DNA from: an uncultured Erysipelotrichaceae bacterium
GTDB taxonomy: Bacteria > Bacillota_I > Bacilli_A > Erysipelotrichales > Erysipelotrichaceae
Assembly (NCBI GenBank): GCA_902795875.1
Contig: CADBND010000225.1
Span: 1 to 29,359, forward strand
DNA length: 29,359 bases
Reading direction: 5' to 3'
Shown here in pieces: positions 27,333-29,359 of this stretch. Positions within the stretch are counted from its first letter, which is position 1. Every line of letters begins with the position of its first letter. The notes under the pieces were generated by a model. It was not told the origin of the DNA. It ran no database searches and saw only the letters and a list, made by a program, of their open reading frames with translations. A program made the position numbers and the translations under genes.

Positions 27333-27898
27333 CAGTTTTCCTCGTCGTAGGAATCAAAAAGATTGATCTCGTCTACAGTCTTCTCAATATCGTCGTATGT
27401 ATGATCGTCGTAACCGAAGTCTTCATCCAGAAGCCTGTGAAGTTCATCTTCATCCGTAGCATCGAGGGCGTTGCCAATATCCGGTTCAGTCTTTTCGGCA
27501 TCTTCACGGCTGCCGTATCCGTAGATCGGAGAAGTGATGATCTCCAGGTGGGAACTGTCGGGCTTGTTGATGAAAGATTCGTTGGCGTTGACGGAAGATT
27601 TGAATTCAGGCTTGTTTTCCTTGATCACACCAAAAATCGGCGAGATCTGTGAAGAGAACTCATAATCACCATAGATCTCTTCCTTCTTCTTTTCTTCCTT
27701 TTTCGGCTTCTGTTCGCTGAGATCGATAAAAGCAGACCTCTCCGGTTTGCGATACAGGATATCAGCTGCCTTCACCGTCGTTTCCTGTTTTTTGACAGCA
27801 GCTTTCTCCGGTTTTGGCTTCACATATACTTCTTCTTCGTCATCTTCTTCCGGCTCAAACAGGATATCGATGAATTTCTTCTTTATATCTTTTTTCAT
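27332..27898 (-). CDS. Hypothetical acidic, low-complexity protein resembling the SftA N-terminal region
   Basis: 188 aa, RBS present, two SPI[F/Y]G motifs, stop overlaps the murC start by 1 nt. Occupies the sftA position. Confidence 0.75.
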   Translation of the reverse strand: MKKDIKKKFIDILFEPEEDDEEEVYVKPKPEKAAVKKQETTVKAADILYRKPERSAFIDLSEQKPKKEEKKKEEIYGDYEFSSQISPIFGVIKENKPEFKSSVNANESFINKPDSSHLEIITSPIYGYGSREDAEKTEPDIGNALDATDEDELHRLLDEDFGYDDHTYDDIEKTVDEINLFDSYDEEN

Positions 27899-27949
27899 TT
27901 CCCACGCCTCTTCCTTTTCATTCTACAACATTTTATTAAGGCTTAAACA

Positions 27950-28612
27950 CTATTCTGTTTGCCCGTCAACGTCATCTCCGATCACAAAATCGTTGACGTT
28001 TCCGTTTACCGGCATGATCGTCTCAAACAGGTTGACCTGTTTCTTTTCGTAGTCGATCTCGTTTTTCAATGAGTATCCGGCAGCGACCGCATCTTCCCTT
28101 ACGATCGTTCCCTTTGCCAGAAGCAGGATCCGCGAACTGAGACCGACGACATCTTCCTTTTCGGCATAACCGTAGAAGATCAGATCCCGAGAAACGAAAT
28201 AAGTAAGGTAGTTTTCTTCGTATCCATAGACCTTATACAGATACTCGTGTTCAGATCCTTCGTTATCGACATATACACCGGAATGAGCGTAAACGAGTTT
28301 GTCCTCATCAAAGAAACCTTCGTCTTTGATCTGCTCCTCCGGATAATATCGGTCATTGACGATGCCCGATACGTTCACATCCATGATCAGCCGGGAATCG
28401 TCGTACAGGAAATAGTTTGTCAGCATCCCGCTTTCCAGTTCAAAGATGTCACTGGGAAGATAATAATCGAGATAGGTACTGTAATTGTTTCTTCTGAGCG
28501 TCTCCTCTTTTCTGTCTGCTGAAAAGACCTCGTCCAGCTGCGAATTCAGATCGCTTCCACTGGAACAGCCAAACAGCACGATACATAATAAAAGGATCAT
28601 GAACTTTTTCAC
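27950..28612 (-). CDS. Hypothetical lipoprotein
   Basis: GTG start, signal peptide MKKFMILLLCIVLFGC (lipobox LFGC), Tyr-rich body. Confidence 0.8.
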   Translation of the reverse strand: MKKFMILLLCIVLFGCSSGSDLNSQLDEVFSADRKEETLRRNNYSTYLDYYLPSDIFELESGMLTNYFLYDDSRLIMDVNVSGIVNDRYYPEEQIKDEGFFDEDKLVYAHSGVYVDNEGSEHEYLYKVYGYEENYLTYFVSRDLIFYGYAEKEDVVGLSSRILLLAKGTIVREDAVAAGYSLKNEIDYEKKQVNLFETIMPVNGNVNDFVIGDDVDGQTE

Positions 28613-28616
28613 TTCT

Positions 28617-29279
28617 TTATTCTAACATACAATGATTCCTAAAACTAAAGTACCCGTCACGCGAAACGATGATGTGATCGACCAAAGGAACATTCATCAG
28701 CGCACATGCCCGGGCAAGCTTGTCCGTAAGTTCAATGTCGGCACTTGACGGTTCATTCGATCCGCTGGGATGATTGTGGGCGACCACGATCGAAGACGCC
28801 TTTACCAGCAGTGCCTTTCTTAATATCTCATCCACGCTGACATTGGCGCTGTTCTTGTTTCCGATATACATGACCTCTGATCTTATGATGGCGTTCCTTC
28901 CGTTGAGACAGATGACCAGAAACTGTTCACGGTCCGCAAAACCGAGATTGAAACGCAACCACTCCACCACTTTAGACGGATTATTCAGAGAAGGCTCACT
29001 GATACGGTCGATCTTCGACAGACGCTTGCAGACCTCCAGGATCGCCATGATCTCAAGCGCCTTTGCTTTCTTGATCCCCTTGATCGATACCAGTTCTTCG
29101 TAAGTGAGAGAAAGCAGATTCCGGAAACCGTTTGCTGTATCGATGACCTCTTTCGCAAGTTGGAATACGTTCCTGTCCCGATATGCGGATTTAATGATCA
29201 GTGCCAGCAGTTCGACATCATCAAGTGAAGCGATGCCATTTTCCAGAGCTTTTTCTCTGGGCATCTTCTTTTCATTCAC
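28617..29279 (-). CDS. radC: RadC family protein (HhH + JAB/MPN domain)
   Basis: MPREK, LDDVELLALI, IKGIKKAKA, REQF, HNHPSG, SSADIELT, LVDHIIV. Confidence 0.93.
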   Translation of the reverse strand: MNEKKMPREKALENGIASLDDVELLALIIKSAYRDRNVFQLAKEVIDTANGFRNLLSLTYEELVSIKGIKKAKALEIMAILEVCKRLSKIDRISEPSLNNPSKVVEWLRFNLGFADREQFLVICLNGRNAIIRSEVMYIGNKNSANVSVDEILRKALLVKASSIVVAHNHPSGSNEPSSADIELTDKLARACALMNVPLVDHIIVSRDGYFSFRNHCMLE

Positions 29280-29358
29280 AGTGATACCTCATTCCTTCCA
29301 GATAACTCTTCGTCATAGACAGCGAATATCGGCCATCCAGGATAAGCGAGTAGTTCCG
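29272..29358 (-). CDS. 3' end of an upstream gene cut by the window edge, possibly LytTR-like
   Basis: Open frame ...RNYSLILDGRYSLSMTKSYLEGMRYHCE* ends inside the radC start. It loosely resembles LytTR C-termini. A second frame ending at 29276 is also open, so the frame is uncertain. Confidence 0.3.
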   Translation of the reverse strand, partial: RNYSLILDGRYSLSMTKSYLEGMRYHCE

Positions 29359-29359
29359 A

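Noticed and set aside
84-29103. Many 60-230 aa ORFs antisense to or nested in real genes (e.g. 26394-27092, 2668-3159, 12857-13333, 25423-25992)
   Set aside because: No motifs, RBS or promoters. Consistent with shadow ORFs from biased codon usage on the coding strand.
28617-29279. radC as a marker of a mobile element
   Set aside because: Full-length chromosomal form (HhH + JAB). No integrase, att-like repeats or obvious compositional shift nearby.
1-29359. tRNA, rRNA, riboswitch or CRISPR elements
   Set aside because: Intergenic gaps are almost all under 150 nt and are accounted for by promoters and terminators. No cloverleaf, T-box or direct-repeat array seen. An Infernal/Rfam scan would be the decisive check.

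Overview
Housekeeping chromosomal region of a Firmicutes (Bacillota) genome. An Erysipelotrichaceae-like organism is inferred from gene content (DUF2779-like and MG284-like proteins, a streamlined murC-ytxG-ytxH-ccpA-tyrS block), not from a database match. About 27 intact CDSs, mostly on the minus strand: folD (5'-truncated by the window), membrane protein, udp, folC, ung, yebC-family, ptsI, ArpU/MG284-like HTH protein, hpf, DUF2779-like nuclease, Zn-ribbon membrane protein, mglCAB, galK, ROK kinase, rimO, MATE, CshB-like DEAD helicase, ispH, MurJ/YtgP flippase, lipoprotein, tyrS, ccpA, YtxH-like, DUF948/YtxG-like, murC, SftA-N-terminus-like protein, lipoprotein, radC. I see no mobile element, CRISPR array, tRNA or rRNA. 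Main observations: (1) six genes have a -10 hexamer only 6-7 nt before the ATG, implying leaderless mRNAs, including two head-to-head pairs, one with physically overlapping -10 boxes; (2) a putative operon joining a nuclease (Fe-S-staple domain with degenerate catalytic motifs plus intact-looking DEDD exonuclease) to hpf and a small HTH protein; (3) a motor-less SftA-like protein in the sftA syntenic slot; (4) FolD lacking both cyclohydrolase residues; (5) tyrS with no room for a T-box. Several ORF-track starts were corrected using RBS and promoter evidence. All family calls come from motif recognition; no searches were run.
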